Origin: Chloroflexota bacterium
GTDB lineage: Bacteria; Chloroflexota; Chloroflexia; Chloroflexales; Chloroflexaceae
Direction: 5' to 3'
DNA: 48,357 nucleotides
Assembly: GCA_013388805.1 (NCBI GenBank)
Contig: JACAEO010000392.1
Coordinates: 1 to 48,357, forward strand
Shown: piece by piece, positions 16,399 to 26,740 of the stretch
Position numbering within the stretch: the stretch's first letter is position 1
Layout: each line of letters begins with the position of its first letter
The notes under the pieces: generated by a model
What the model saw: the letters and a program-made list of their open reading frames with translations, nothing else
What the model was told of the DNA's origin: nothing
Database searches by the model: none
Made by a program: the position numbers and the translations under genes

Positions 16399-17922
16399 TT
16401 GCCCCCGGTTATCCCCTGCGATCGATGGGGTGCGGAGGGCATCGTGCTGCGATTGATCGATGTGCTCATTGGCGTGCAGCCGCGCTGGTCACGGCGTTCA
16501 CCGGAGCTTGCACCCGCCTGGCAGGCGGTGCGTTTCGGCGAAGTGGTGACCGACTCGCGGGAGGTTGAGCCGGGGACGCTCTTCCTTGCCCTGGCCGGTG
16601 AGCGTACCGATGGACACAATTTTCTGGCCGATGTGCTGGCGCGCGGCGCGCGGGGGGCCCTGGTCACCCGCGCGGCGGTGGAGGCGCGACGCACGGCCCT
16701 CGGTGGGCTCGCCCGCCCCTGGGCCATCGTCGATCCGGCCACCGGCGAGGGTCTGGCCGATACGCCGCCCGATGCGTGTCTGCTCATCGCCGTAGACGAT
16801 CCGCTTCTGGCCATCCAGCGGCTGGCCGTCTACCATCGCCGACAGCTCACGCCGACCGTTGTTGGTATCACCGGTAGTGTGGGCAAGACCTCCACCAAGG
16901 AGGTCGTGGCGGCCGTCCTGGGCCGCCGGTTCCGAACCTTAAAAAGTAAACGCAGCTATAACAGTGAGGCCACCCTCCCGACCTCCCTGCTCCGGCTCAC
17001 GCCCGACCACGAGGTCGCCGTGCTGGAACTGGGCATGTGGGCGCCGGGCGAGATCCGCTTTCTAGCGGCGCTCGCCCGGCCCCAGGTCGGGATCGTGACC
17101 AATGTCGGCCCGACCCACCTGGAGCGCCTGGGCAGCCTCGCAGCGATCGGGTGGGCCAAGAGTGAATTGCCCGAAGCCTTGCCCGCTGATGGCTGGGCCA
17201 TCCTCAATGCCGATGACCCACGCGTGCTGGCCATGGCCGCCCATACGCCGGCCCACGTCTTCACCTATGGGCTGGCCCCCGATGCCGACCTGCGGGCCGA
17301 TGAGCTGGTGAGCTTCGGCCTCGATGGGATCGGCTTCACCGCTCACCACGCCGGCGTCAGCATTGCCCTGCGCCTGCCCCTGCTCGGCAGGCATAGCGTC
17401 TATACGGCCCTGGCTGCCGCAAGCGCTGGCCTGGTGCTCGGCCTCAGCTGGCATGAGATCAGCGCTGGCCTGTGTGACCCGGAGCCCATGCCACGCGTCA
17501 AGATTGTCGCGGCTCAGGCCGGCGCGACGATCATCGACGACAGCTATAATGCCGCCCCGCTCTCCATGCTCGCCGCCCTCGATCTGCTCGCCGAGCTCGC
17601 TGGCCGCAAACTTGCCGTGCTGGGCGATATGCTCGAACTGGGCGCTACGGAACAGGCGGGCCACCACGCCGTGGGCCGGCGCGTTGCCCAGGTGGCCGAG
17701 ACGCTGATCGCGCTGGGTCCCCGGGCGCGCTGGATCGCTGAAGCGGCCCGCGAGGCAGGGATGGCTGCCGCGCAGGTGCACGTCGCCGACTGCCACGAGC
17801 AGGTCATCGCCGCCCTGCGCCCGTTGCTGGCACCCCGGACGTATGTGCTGGTCAAGGGTTCCCGCGGGATGGAGATGGAGCGCATCGTCACAGCACTACA
17901 CCGGCGACTGGAGGAGGAGTAA
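16399..17922 (+). CDS. murF: UDP-N-acetylmuramoyl-tripeptide--D-alanyl-D-alanine ligase MurF
   Basis: VVTDSREVEPGTLFLALAGERTDGHNFL, GITGSVGKTSTKE, YNSEATLPTSLL, VTNVGPTHLERLGS. The track start is TTG 16399; an in-frame GTG at 16444 is an alternative start. Confidence 0.85.
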   Translation: MPPVIPCDRWGAEGIVLRLIDVLIGVQPRWSRRSPELAPAWQAVRFGEVVTDSREVEPGTLFLALAGERTDGHNFLADVLARGARGALVTRAAVEARRTALGGLARPWAIVDPATGEGLADTPPDACLLIAVDDPLLAIQRLAVYHRRQLTPTVVGITGSVGKTSTKEVVAAVLGRRFRTLKSKRSYNSEATLPTSLLRLTPDHEVAVLELGMWAPGEIRFLAALARPQVGIVTNVGPTHLERLGSLAAIGWAKSELPEALPADGWAILNADDPRVLAMAAHTPAHVFTYGLAPDADLRADELVSFGLDGIGFTAHHAGVSIALRLPLLGRHSVYTALAAASAGLVLGLSWHEISAGLCDPEPMPRVKIVAAQAGATIIDDSYNAAPLSMLAALDLLAELAGRKLAVLGDMLELGATEQAGHHAVGRRVAQVAETLIALGPRARWIAEAAREAGMAAAQVHVADCHEQVIAALRPLLAPRTYVLVKGSRGMEMERIVTALHRRLEEE

Positions 17923-17923
17923 C

Positions 17924-19021
17924 GTGGACGTCCTACGTGCGGTGCTGGTCCAGGACATGGCCCGCGCGCTGCTGCTTGCCGCAGCCGCATTTGTGCTGAC
18001 CCTGATTGTCGGCGCATGGTACGTGCCCTTTGCCCGCCGCCACAAGCTCGGAAAACAGATCCGCAGCGATGGCCCCCAGAGCCATCTGAGCAAGATGGGC
18101 ACCCCGACCATGGGTGGGATCATGGTCGTGAGCACCGTGGTGGTGCTCACCGTGCTCTTTAACCTGGTGGACCGCTGGTCGATGCTTCTGCCGCTGGCCG
18201 TCTTGCTCAGCTTCGCCGTCCTGGGTGGCATCGACGACTGGATGACGCTCACGGGCACCCGCTCAAAGAGCTACGGCTTCACCGTACGCTACAAGTTCTG
18301 GCTGATGATGGCCGTGGCCTTCGTCGCCTCGCTGGCGCTCTACCTGCCGCCGCCGTTCGGCCTCGGCCACGAGGGCCAGCTCCAGATCCCGTTCGTTGGC
18401 ATGCGTGATATTGGCGTCTTCTTCATCCCCATCGCGACGCTGATCATCGTCTTCATCTCCAACGCGGTGAATCTCACCGATGGCCTCGATAGCCTCGCTG
18501 GCTGGAACCTGACTCTGGCCTTCGGCGCCTATGGCGTGATGACCTTCCTGGCCGAGCCGCGGCTGACCAACCTGATGGCCTTCTGCTTTACCCTGGTGGG
18601 GGCCTGCGCGGCGTTCCTCTGGTACAACGCCCACCCGGCCCAGGTGTTTATGGGCGACCTGGGGGCGCTCGCCCTCGGCGCGACGCTGGCCGTGGTGGCG
18701 CTGCAATCGCAGCAGTGGCTGCTGCTCCCCGTGGTCGGGATCGTCTTCGTGGTCGAGGCGCTTTCGGTGCTGCTGCAGACCGGCTATTTTAAGTGGACCC
18801 GGCGGCGCTATGGTGAGGGCCGCCGCATCTTCAAGATGGCGCCGCTGCACCACCACTTCGAGCTCCTCGGCTGGAGCCAGGTCCAGGTGACCCAGCGCTT
18901 CGTGCTGATCGCGGCGGTGGCGGCGATGGTCGGCATCTCGCTGGCGATCACCTTCGCTACGCCGGCGCCCCAGCGGGCCGAACAGAACCCGACCACGCAG
19001 GTGGTCGAGGGCGGACCCTGA
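17924..19021 (+). CDS. mraY: Phospho-N-acetylmuramoyl-pentapeptide transferase MraY
   Basis: GTG 17924 directly after the murF stop, preceded by GGAGGAGGAG; ATG 17957 is an alternative start. GTPTMGG, NAVNLTDGLDSLA, MGDLGALALG, APLHHHFE. Confidence 0.9.
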   Translation: MDVLRAVLVQDMARALLLAAAAFVLTLIVGAWYVPFARRHKLGKQIRSDGPQSHLSKMGTPTMGGIMVVSTVVVLTVLFNLVDRWSMLLPLAVLLSFAVLGGIDDWMTLTGTRSKSYGFTVRYKFWLMMAVAFVASLALYLPPPFGLGHEGQLQIPFVGMRDIGVFFIPIATLIIVFISNAVNLTDGLDSLAGWNLTLAFGAYGVMTFLAEPRLTNLMAFCFTLVGACAAFLWYNAHPAQVFMGDLGALALGATLAVVALQSQQWLLLPVVGIVFVVEALSVLLQTGYFKWTRRRYGEGRRIFKMAPLHHHFELLGWSQVQVTQRFVLIAAVAAMVGISLAITFATPAPQRAEQNPTTQVVEGGP

Positions 19022-19028
19022 TCCGCCG

Positions 19029-20519
19029 ATGAACCTGCACGGCAAGCGTGTCCTGGTGATGGGGCTCGGCGTCCACGGTGGGGGTCTCGGCGTCGCCCGC
19101 TGGCTGCTCCGCCAGGGGGCGAGTGTCACGGTCACCGATATGGCCAGCCCCGCGGCGCTGGCGGAGCCGCTGGCCGCGCTCGAGGCCGCAGCCACTGACC
19201 TCGGCGCCAGCGTGGCCTACACCCTCGGCGAACACCGCGCCGCCGATGTCACGAGCGCCGACCTGGTCGTCGCCAATCCCGCGGTGCGCCCCGACTCGCC
19301 CTGGCTGGCGCTGGCCCACGCGGCCGGGGTGCCGGTCGAGACGGAGATGACGCTCTTCTTCCGCGCCTGCCGTGGCCCGCTGCTCGGCGTGACCGGCACC
19401 AAGGGCAAGACGACGACCACACTGCTGCTCGCTGCCATGCTGCGCGAGCGCTTCCCCACCACGGTCGTCGCCGGCAACCTGCGCGTCTCGGCGCTGGAGG
19501 CGCTCGCGACGATCGACACGACAACTCCGGTGGTGCTAGAGCTGTCGAGCTTCCAGCTCGAGCGGCTCGGCGCGGCGGGCCTGAGCCCCCCGTTCAGCCT
19601 GATCACCAATCTCTCGCCCGACCACCTGAACTGGCACGGCTCGCTGGAGGCGTACGCCGCGGCCAAGCGCCAGATCTACTGGCATCAACCAGCCACGGGG
19701 GTGGTGGCGCTCAACGGCGCCGACGATGGCTCCGTCGCGGCCTTCCCGCTCGCCGCGGGTGCGTACCGCTACCCCGGCCGGCTGATCGCCGTCTGCGCCG
19801 GCCCCGCCTGGTCGGCTGAGGCCAGCGCCTACCGCCGGCATGCCGCCGTAACCGTGACGTTGCGCGGCGCTACGGTCCACTGGGACGACCGGGCCGCTGC
19901 GTTTGGCGCGATCAGCCCGGCTGGCGGTGAGCCGCTCTTCGCCCGCGATGACCTGCGCTTGCCGGGCGCGCACAACCTCGCCAACGCGATGCTGGCGGCC
20001 GCGCTGGCGCGGGCCTTCGGGGTCGAGGCGGGGGCCATCCGCGCCGCGCTGCAGGGCTTCAGCGCTGTGGAGCACCGGCTCGAACTAGTGCGCGAGGTGG
20101 AGGGGGTGCGCTACGTCAACGATACTACGGCCACCAACCCGGCTGCCGCACTCGCCGCGCTCGCCGCGCTCACCACCCCGATCGTGCTGATCGCCGGCGG
20201 CGCCGACAAGGAGTTGACGTTCGAGGCCCTGGGCGCGGCAATTGCTGGCCGTGTGAAGGCGCTGGTCCTGCTGGCGGGCACCGCGACGCCCCGACTCGCC
20301 GCGGCGGTGCAGGCCGGCCAGGCGAGCGCCACTGGCCGTGGTGTGCCGATGACGATCGCGGGGCCGTATGACGACCTCGCAGCCGCCGTTCGGGCGGCCC
20401 GGGAACTGGCCGCGCCGGGAGACACGGTGCTGCTCTCGCCGGGCTGTGCGAGCTTTGGCATGTTCCGGAATGAGTTCCACCGGGGTGACGTGTTCCGGCG
20501 CATTGTTGGCGAGCTATGA
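19029..20519 (+). CDS. murD: UDP-N-acetylmuramoylalanine--D-glutamate ligase MurD
   Basis: KRVLVMGLGVHGGGLGVARWLLRQGASVTVTD, GVTGTKGKTTT, ITNLSPDHLNWHGS, SPGCASFGMFRNEFHRGDVF. Confidence 0.85.
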   Translation: MNLHGKRVLVMGLGVHGGGLGVARWLLRQGASVTVTDMASPAALAEPLAALEAAATDLGASVAYTLGEHRAADVTSADLVVANPAVRPDSPWLALAHAAGVPVETEMTLFFRACRGPLLGVTGTKGKTTTTLLLAAMLRERFPTTVVAGNLRVSALEALATIDTTTPVVLELSSFQLERLGAAGLSPPFSLITNLSPDHLNWHGSLEAYAAAKRQIYWHQPATGVVALNGADDGSVAAFPLAAGAYRYPGRLIAVCAGPAWSAEASAYRRHAAVTVTLRGATVHWDDRAAAFGAISPAGGEPLFARDDLRLPGAHNLANAMLAAALARAFGVEAGAIRAALQGFSAVEHRLELVREVEGVRYVNDTTATNPAAALAALAALTTPIVLIAGGADKELTFEALGAAIAGRVKALVLLAGTATPRLAAAVQAGQASATGRGVPMTIAGPYDDLAAAVRAARELAAPGDTVLLSPGCASFGMFRNEFHRGDVFRRIVGEL

Positions 20520-21301
20520 CCCAACCACCCGATGAGCGCGAGGCCCAGACCGGGCCGCCCGAGCCAGCCGGAGCGCAACGCATCCCCGTACGCGTGGCCT
20601 GGGGCACCCAGCCACGGGCCGCCTATGCGATCCTGGCGGCGATTGCCATCATCTACCTGCTGAGCGCCCTGCTGAGCGGCGGGCTGTTTCAGCCCTCGTT
20701 GCTGGTGCTGATCGTGCTCGGCGCCAAGGAGAACAGCCTGATCGATGCGGGCCAGTACTGGCGCCTGCTGACTGCCACGTTGCTGCACGCGAACCTGATC
20801 CACGTCTTCTTCAATAGCTTCGCGCTCTACGCCCTTGGCCCGGAGAGCGAGCGGATCTATGGCACCGCCCGCTTCCTCGCCGTCTATCTCCTGGCGGGGA
20901 TCGGGGGCAGCGTGGCATCCTACCTGCTCTCGCCGGTGCCCTCGGTGGGCGCCAGCGGCGCCATCTTCGGCCTGATCGGCGCGCTGGGCATCTTCTACTA
21001 CCTCAACCGCGCCACGCTCGGCGATTTCGGGCGCGCCCAGTTGCAGAGCATGGCCGCCATTGCGGTGATCAACCTGATCATCGGCTTCTCGTCCCCCGGC
21101 GTGATCGATAACTGGGGACATATGGGCGGCCTGGCCGTTGGCACGCTGACCGGCCTGGCTCTGGCGCCGCGCCTCGCCATCAACCTGGACCGCTACCCGC
21201 CCGTCCTGGTCCGCAGCTTTCCGCCGTGGGGCTGGGGCGCCGCGCTGGCGACCTTCGCCGCGCTGGCGGCGCTGGCACTGTTACTGCCCGGGGCCGGGTG
21301 A
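20516..21301 (+). CDS. Rhomboid-family intramembrane serine protease
   Basis: ATGA overlap with the murD stop. WRLLTATLLHANLIHVFFNSFALY, catalytic-Ser region GASGAIFGLIGA, catalytic-His region WGHMGGLAVG. Confidence 0.8.
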   Translation: MTQPPDEREAQTGPPEPAGAQRIPVRVAWGTQPRAAYAILAAIAIIYLLSALLSGGLFQPSLLVLIVLGAKENSLIDAGQYWRLLTATLLHANLIHVFFNSFALYALGPESERIYGTARFLAVYLLAGIGGSVASYLLSPVPSVGASGAIFGLIGALGIFYYLNRATLGDFGRAQLQSMAAIAVINLIIGFSSPGVIDNWGHMGGLAVGTLTGLALAPRLAINLDRYPPVLVRSFPPWGWGAALATFAALAALALLLPGAG

Positions 21302-21329
21302 CGCTCGCCCCGGTGCCAAGGGGGGACCA

Positions 21330-22589
21330 GTGACCGACCGAACCTCCAGACCGGATTACGTCTTGCTCGCAACTGTCGGCTCGCTCGTGGCCCTCGGCCT
21401 GGTGATGGTCTACAGCGCGAGCTTCGTCGAAGCCTTCAAATCCCATCAGAACCAGTACTACTACCTTATCCGCCAGACGATCGGCGCGATCGTCGGTACG
21501 ATCGGCATGCTGGTAGCCGCCCGCATCGACTACCGGTTCTGGCGCACCTACTCGGTTCAGTTGATGGGCGGCGCGTTGCTGCTGCTCTTCCTGGTGCTGA
21601 TCCTGCCCGACTCGATGACCCGGGTCAACAACTCGCGCTCCTGGATCCGCATCGGCGAGGGGGTGTTCGGCCTGGTGAGCGTGCAGCCCGCCGAGTTGGC
21701 CAAGCTGGCGATCATCATCTACTTTGCCGACTGGCTATCGCGGCGCAGCGAGAAGGTCGGCAACGTCTCCTATGGCCTGATCCCGTTCAGTGTGATGCTG
21801 GGCCTGGTGTGCGGCCTGGTGATGCTGCAGCCCGACCTGGGGACGACGGTCGTGCTGGTGCTGATCGGCGGGGTGATCTACTTCGCGGCTGGCGCGAAGC
21901 TGTGGCACGTGGCCGGCGCGACCGGCCTCGGCGCCGCCGCCTTCTGGTTCCTGGTCAACGTGATGGGCTTCCGCAACTACCGCATCCTGGCCTTCCTCGA
22001 TCCGTGGAAGTACTACCAAAGCTTTGGTTTCCAGCCCATCCACGCCATGCTGGCCCTCGGCAACGGCGGCCTCTTCGGCCTCGGGCTCGGCCAGGCGCGC
22101 CAGAAGTTCCAGTGGCTGCCCCAGGCCTATACCGATGCGATCTTCGCGATCATCGGCGAGGAGCTCGGGCTGATCGGCACGGTGGCGGTCATGGCCGCCT
22201 TCGCGGTCATCGCCTACCGCGGCTTTCGCATCGCCGGGCGCGCGCCGAACCCCTTCGCGGCCCTCGTCGCGGTGGGCATCACCAGCTGGCTGGTCATCCA
22301 GGCGCTGATCAACATCGCCGTGACCACCTCGCTGCTGCCGTTTACCGGCCTGACCCTGCCCTTCCTCTCCTATGGCGGCACCTCGCTGTACACGAGCATG
22401 ATCGCGGTCGGCATTCTGCTCAATATCTCGAAACATATGCTCCGGCACCAGCCCCAGGAGATCACCGATGCCCCGCTCCCCCGGCGCGCCCCGGCCTTCG
22501 CCCTCCCCAACCCTCTTGCTGTCTGGCGGGGGCACGGGCGGCCACGTCTACCCGGCGCTGGCGGTCGCCGCAGCTATCGGCGCCGCTGA
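21330..22589 (+). CDS. ftsW: SEDS-family peptidoglycan glycosyltransferase FtsW
   Basis: GTG start, 419 aa, about 10 TM segments. RSWIRIG..SVQPAELAKLAIIIYFADWL, QPDLGT, PQAYTDAIFAIIGEELGLIG, LPFLSYGGTSL. Confidence 0.85.
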   Translation: MTDRTSRPDYVLLATVGSLVALGLVMVYSASFVEAFKSHQNQYYYLIRQTIGAIVGTIGMLVAARIDYRFWRTYSVQLMGGALLLLFLVLILPDSMTRVNNSRSWIRIGEGVFGLVSVQPAELAKLAIIIYFADWLSRRSEKVGNVSYGLIPFSVMLGLVCGLVMLQPDLGTTVVLVLIGGVIYFAAGAKLWHVAGATGLGAAAFWFLVNVMGFRNYRILAFLDPWKYYQSFGFQPIHAMLALGNGGLFGLGLGQARQKFQWLPQAYTDAIFAIIGEELGLIGTVAVMAAFAVIAYRGFRIAGRAPNPFAALVAVGITSWLVIQALINIAVTTSLLPFTGLTLPFLSYGGTSLYTSMIAVGILLNISKHMLRHQPQEITDAPLPRRAPAFALPNPLAVWRGHGRPRLPGAGGRRSYRRR

Positions 22590-23664
22590 ACAGCATGCCC
22601 CCCCGGCGCTGCTCTATGTGGGCAGCGTGGGCGGGATGGAGGCTCGGATCGTGGCCGCAGAGAGCAACTTGCCATTCCGCGGTCTGCCTGCTGCGGCGCT
22701 GCGCGGGCGCGGCCCGCTCCAACTCGCCCGCGGCGCCGCGACAATGCTCGCCGGGCTGCGCCAGGCGCGGCGCCTGCTGCGTGAGGTGCGCCCCGGCGCC
22801 ATTCTCGGCACGGGCGGCTATGTCTGCGTCCCACTCTTCATCGCCGCGCGCGGGCAGCGCATCCCGACGCTCATCTACCTGCCCGATGTGATCCCCGGGC
22901 TCGCGGTGCGCTTCCTCGCACGCATCGCCACGCTGACCGCGACCAATGTGGCTGAGGCGCTGCCCCACCTGGGCCTGCAGCCCGGCCACCCGCGCGCGCT
23001 TGTCACCGGCTATCCGCTCCGGGCAGAGCTGTTCGGGCAGGACCGGGCGGCCTGCCGGCGGGCCTTCGCCCTGGCCGACGAGCCGCCGGTGGTGCTGGTC
23101 TACGGCGGGAGTCGCGGCGCCCGCAGCCTCAACCGGGCGATCGAGGCTCTCCTGCCGGCCCTGCTGGAACACTGCCAGCTCATCCATGTGTGCGGGCGTG
23201 AGGGCGACGAACAGTGGCTCCGCACCGCCGCTGAGCACTTGCCGGCTGCCCTCCAGGCGCGGTATAAACTGTATCCGTATCTGGCAAGTGGGGAGCAGCC
23301 CCAGTCGATGGTGCGCGCCCTCGGCGCGGCTGATCTGGCGATCTGCCGCAGTGGTGCCTCAACCCTGGGCGAGTTGCCTGCGGTAGGCCTGCCTGCCGTG
23401 CTGGTCCCCTACCCGTATGTGCACCAGGACGAGAATGCCGACTACCTGGTGCGCCGGGGGGCGGCGCTCAAGGTCGCCGATGCGGCCATGCTCGGTGCCG
23501 GGCCGCCGCAGGACGGGCCGCTCTTCCGCGCAGTGCTGCACCTCATCCACGACCAGAGCGAGCGAGAACGCATGGCGGAGCGGAGTCGGGCGCTGGCCCG
23601 GCCGGACGCGGCGCGGCACCTGGCCGGCGCGCTCCTCGGCCTCGCTGCAAGGAGTGTTGGCTGA
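22468..23664 (+). CDS. murG: UDP-GlcNAc:lipid I N-acetylglucosaminyltransferase MurG
   Basis: LLLSGGGTGGHVYPALAV, RSGASTLGELPAVGLPAVLVPYP, DENADYL. ATG 22468 overlaps ftsW by 122 nt; an in-frame TTG at 22516 would reduce the overlap to 74 nt. Confidence 0.85.
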   Translation: MPRSPGAPRPSPSPTLLLSGGGTGGHVYPALAVAAAIGAAEQHAPPALLYVGSVGGMEARIVAAESNLPFRGLPAAALRGRGPLQLARGAATMLAGLRQARRLLREVRPGAILGTGGYVCVPLFIAARGQRIPTLIYLPDVIPGLAVRFLARIATLTATNVAEALPHLGLQPGHPRALVTGYPLRAELFGQDRAACRRAFALADEPPVVLVYGGSRGARSLNRAIEALLPALLEHCQLIHVCGREGDEQWLRTAAEHLPAALQARYKLYPYLASGEQPQSMVRALGAADLAICRSGASTLGELPAVGLPAVLVPYPYVHQDENADYLVRRGAALKVADAAMLGAGPPQDGPLFRAVLHLIHDQSERERMAERSRALARPDAARHLAGALLGLAARSVG

Positions 23665-24350
23665 TGTTCTTCACTGAAGCAGGTCATTCGCTTGTGCCCC
23701 TGGCCCAGGGTACGCTCACCCTGACCTTGAGCGGGGTGGTTCTGCTGCTGATCTTTATGGGGCTGGGCGCCTACTGGGGAGTGCAGCAGGGTTTTCGCAA
23801 TGTGCTCACCCCGGCCCTGTGGACGATCGTCGCCTATATCCTCACCGTCCAGGGCGGCGATTTCGTGGTCGGGCTGATCAATCGCTTCTGGCAGAATGGG
23901 CCAGCCCTGGTGGCCTTTGCCCTCGGCCAGAATCCGGCCAGTGCACCCGAACTCGACCCGCTGATCACGCCAGGGTTTCAGATCCCGCTCTTCTTCCGCG
24001 TGATTACCTTCGTCGCACTGGTGCTGCTCGGCTTCTTCTTCAACAAGAACGCGAGCTGGAAGGGGCCGCCCAAGGAGGCCCTGGCCAAGCCGCTTGGCCT
24101 GTTTGTCGGCGCACTGATCGTGCTGCTCTGGTCGAATGGCGCAGTGGTCTTCTGGGAGGAGTATGTGGCGGGCAATGGCGGCTTTGGTGGCCCGCTGGCC
24201 GGCGTCCTCAATACCCTGCCCAATGTCAGCGTGCTGATGCCCTCGCTGATTACGGTCTTCTTTCTCATCCTGCTCATCCTGATCGTCTTTAACTTTCCGA
24301 AGATCTGGAAACCCGAGGGCGGCGGTGGCGGCGGTGGAGGCAAACGGTGA
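23664..24350 (+). CDS. Hypothetical polytopic membrane protein with C-terminal Gly8 run
   Basis: 228 aa. TGATG junction with murG and GTGA junction with murC. 4-5 hydrophobic helices. Ends ...[16 protein letters not shown]. Confidence 0.55.
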   Translation: MFFTEAGHSLVPLAQGTLTLTLSGVVLLLIFMGLGAYWGVQQGFRNVLTPALWTIVAYILTVQGGDFVVGLINRFWQNGPALVAFALGQNPASAPELDPLITPGFQIPLFFRVITFVALVLLGFFFNKNASWKGPPKEALAKPLGLFVGALIVLLWSNGAVVFWEEYVAGNGGFGGPLAGVLNTLPNVSVLMPSLITVFFLILLILIVFNFPKIWKPEGGGGGGGGKR

Positions 24351-25783
24351 GCCCGAGGCATTACCATATCGTCGGCATCGCGGGCGCGGGGATGAGCGCC
24401 ATCGCTGGCCTGCTGCTCGACCAGGGCCATACGGTCAGCGGCTCGGACCAGGTCGCCAACCGGCTTACGGCGGCGCTGGCCGCCCGCGGCGCCACGATCT
24501 ACCAGGGCCACGACCCGGCCCACGTTGCCGGGGCTGACACCGTGCTGGCAACTGCCGCCGTGCGCGCCGACCACGTGGAACTGGCCGCGGCCCGGGCGAC
24601 CGGCATCCCGATCAGCGGGCGAGCCGAGCTGTGGCGCCAGTGGTCGGGCCAGCGCCCGGTGGTGGCGGTGGCCGGCACCCACGGGAAGACCACCACCAGC
24701 GCGATGATCGCCGTGGCGCTGCGTGGCGCCGGGCTTGCGGCCGGCTATCTGATCGGCGCGGAGGTGCCCGAACTGGGCGGCAATGCTGCCTGGGGCGCGC
24801 CCGCAGCGCCGCTGGTGATCGAGGCCGATGAGTACGACCGGGCCTTCCTCGCGCTCAGCCCGGCCATCGCGGTGATCACCAATGTCGAGTGGGATCACCC
24901 GGATATCTATCCCGACGCCGTGAGCTACAGCACCGCCTTTGCCCGCTTCGCCGCGCTGGTGCCCAACCCGGCCCACGTGGTGGCCTGTGGCGAAGACGCC
25001 GGTGTGCTGGCCCTTGGGCTGGCCGAGGCCACGCGCTATGGCATCGAAGAGGCCCTGGCCAGCGACCCGGTCTCGTGCCGGCTTGCCCCGCTCGACTGGG
25101 CAGCCAGCGGGGTGGTTCCCACCCCGGGCGGGGGCGTGAGCTTCGACCTCTGGCGCTACAACCGGCGCAGGTTCGCCCAGCAGCGGCTCGGGCGCCAGGT
25201 GTTGCGCCTGCCCGGCGCCCACAATGTGCGCAACGCCCTGGCGGCCCTGGCGGTGTGTGCGCTGCTCGCGGCGCCGCTCGACGCGGCGGCGGCGGCCCTG
25301 GCCCATTTCGGCGGCAGCGCCCGCCGCTTCGAGCTCAAGGGCGAGGCCGGTGGGGTGACGGTGATCGACGACTACGCGCACCATCCGACCGAGGTGCAGG
25401 CGACCCTGGCCGCGGCCCGCCAGCGCTACCCCGGACGGCGCCTGGTGGCCTATCTGCAGCCCCACACCTTCAGTCGCACCGCCGCGCTGCTCGCACAGTG
25501 GCCCGCAGCCTGCCACGCCGCTGATCTGCTGCTGGTGGGCGATGTCTACGCCGCCCGCGAGCAGGGCGATACGGCGGCGCTGGCCCGGGAACTGGCCGCC
25601 CGCGCGGTCGCGGCGGGCCTCGACGCACGCTATGTCGGTGACCTGGCCAGCGCCGCCGCCGTCCTTGCTAGCACGACGCAACCCGGCGATGTCGTGCTGA
25701 CCCTCGGGGCGGGCGATGGTGATCGAGTCGGCCTGGCGTTGCTGGCGCACCTGGGCCAGCACGCGGGACAACCACCAGCATGA
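24347..25783 (+). CDS. murC: UDP-N-acetylmuramate--L-alanine ligase MurC
   Basis: [63 protein letters not shown]. Confidence 0.9.
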   Translation: MSPRHYHIVGIAGAGMSAIAGLLLDQGHTVSGSDQVANRLTAALAARGATIYQGHDPAHVAGADTVLATAAVRADHVELAAARATGIPISGRAELWRQWSGQRPVVAVAGTHGKTTTSAMIAVALRGAGLAAGYLIGAEVPELGGNAAWGAPAAPLVIEADEYDRAFLALSPAIAVITNVEWDHPDIYPDAVSYSTAFARFAALVPNPAHVVACGEDAGVLALGLAEATRYGIEEALASDPVSCRLAPLDWAASGVVPTPGGGVSFDLWRYNRRRFAQQRLGRQVLRLPGAHNVRNALAALAVCALLAAPLDAAAAALAHFGGSARRFELKGEAGGVTVIDDYAHHPTEVQATLAAARQRYPGRRLVAYLQPHTFSRTAALLAQWPAACHAADLLLVGDVYAAREQGDTAALARELAARAVAAGLDARYVGDLASAAAVLASTTQPGDVVLTLGAGDGDRVGLALLAHLGQHAGQPPA

Positions 25784-26691
25784 GGCGCACGACGATGATC
25801 GCACCGCCCCCCATTCCCATCCGCGAGCACGAGCCCATGGAGCGCCACAGCTCCTGGCGCGCCGGCGGCGCAGCCCGCTACTACGCCGAGCCGGCCAGCC
25901 CTGCGGAGGCGCAGGCCCTGGCGGCCTGGGCCCGCCTGCATCGCCTGCCCCTGGCCTGGGTGGGGCGCGGCACCAACCTGCTCGTGCGCGACGCCGGCTA
26001 CCCGGGGCTGATCGCCAGCTACCGCGCCCAGGACTGGCAGATCGCCGAACAGGGCGACAGCGCCCTGCTCTCGGTGGAGGCCGGCGCGCCGATGGCCGGC
26101 CTGGCGCGCCGCCTCGCCGCGATGGGCTGGGCCGGGCTTGCGTGGGCCGAGGGCCTCCCCGGTACGGTTGGCGGGGCCGTCTTCGGCAATGCTGGCTGCT
26201 ACGGCGGTGATACGGCCCAGGTGCTTGTGTGCGCCGAGATCCTGATCGACGATACGATCGAAAGCTGGCCGCTGGAGCGGCTGGCCTACGACTACCGGAC
26301 CAGCGCCCTCAAACGGGCGGACCGTGTGCCTGGCGCGATCCCGCCCCTGGTGCTGGCGGCGACCTTCCGGCTCACCCGTGGCGACCCCACTGCGCTGATG
26401 GCGGCAATGGGCCGCACAGCGGCCGAGCGCAAGCGCAAGACGCCGGCCGGCAGTTCATGTGGCAGCGTCTTCAAGAACCCGCCGGGCGAGAGCGCGGGGC
26501 AACTGATCGAGCGCGCCGGGCTCAAGGGTCGCCAGGTCGGCGACGCGGTGATCAGCCCGATCCACGCCAACTACATCGTCAACACCGGCGCGGCCAGCGC
26601 CGCCGATATCCTCGCCCTGGTGGCGATCGCGCGCGATGAGGTTCGCCGGCAGTTCGGCATCGTGCTCGAGCTTGAGGTGTGCGTGCTGTAA
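25780..26691 (+). CDS. murB: UDP-N-acetylenolpyruvoylglucosamine reductase MurB
   Basis: ATGA overlap with mur[60 protein letters not shown]. Confidence 0.85.
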   Translation: MRRTTMIAPPPIPIREHEPMERHSSWRAGGAARYYAEPASPAEAQALAAWARLHRLPLAWVGRGTNLLVRDAGYPGLIASYRAQDWQIAEQGDSALLSVEAGAPMAGLARRLAAMGWAGLAWAEGLPGTVGGAVFGNAGCYGGDTAQVLVCAEILIDDTIESWPLERLAYDYRTSALKRADRVPGAIPPLVLAATFRLTRGDPTALMAAMGRTAAERKRKTPAGSSCGSVFKNPPGESAGQLIERAGLKGRQVGDAVISPIHANYIVNTGAASAADILALVAIARDEVRRQFGIVLELEVCVL

Positions 26692-26740
26692 GCGGGCCGG
26701 ATCTGCGTCCGCCCGCTCGTTTCGCAACAGGGAGCGTCCT

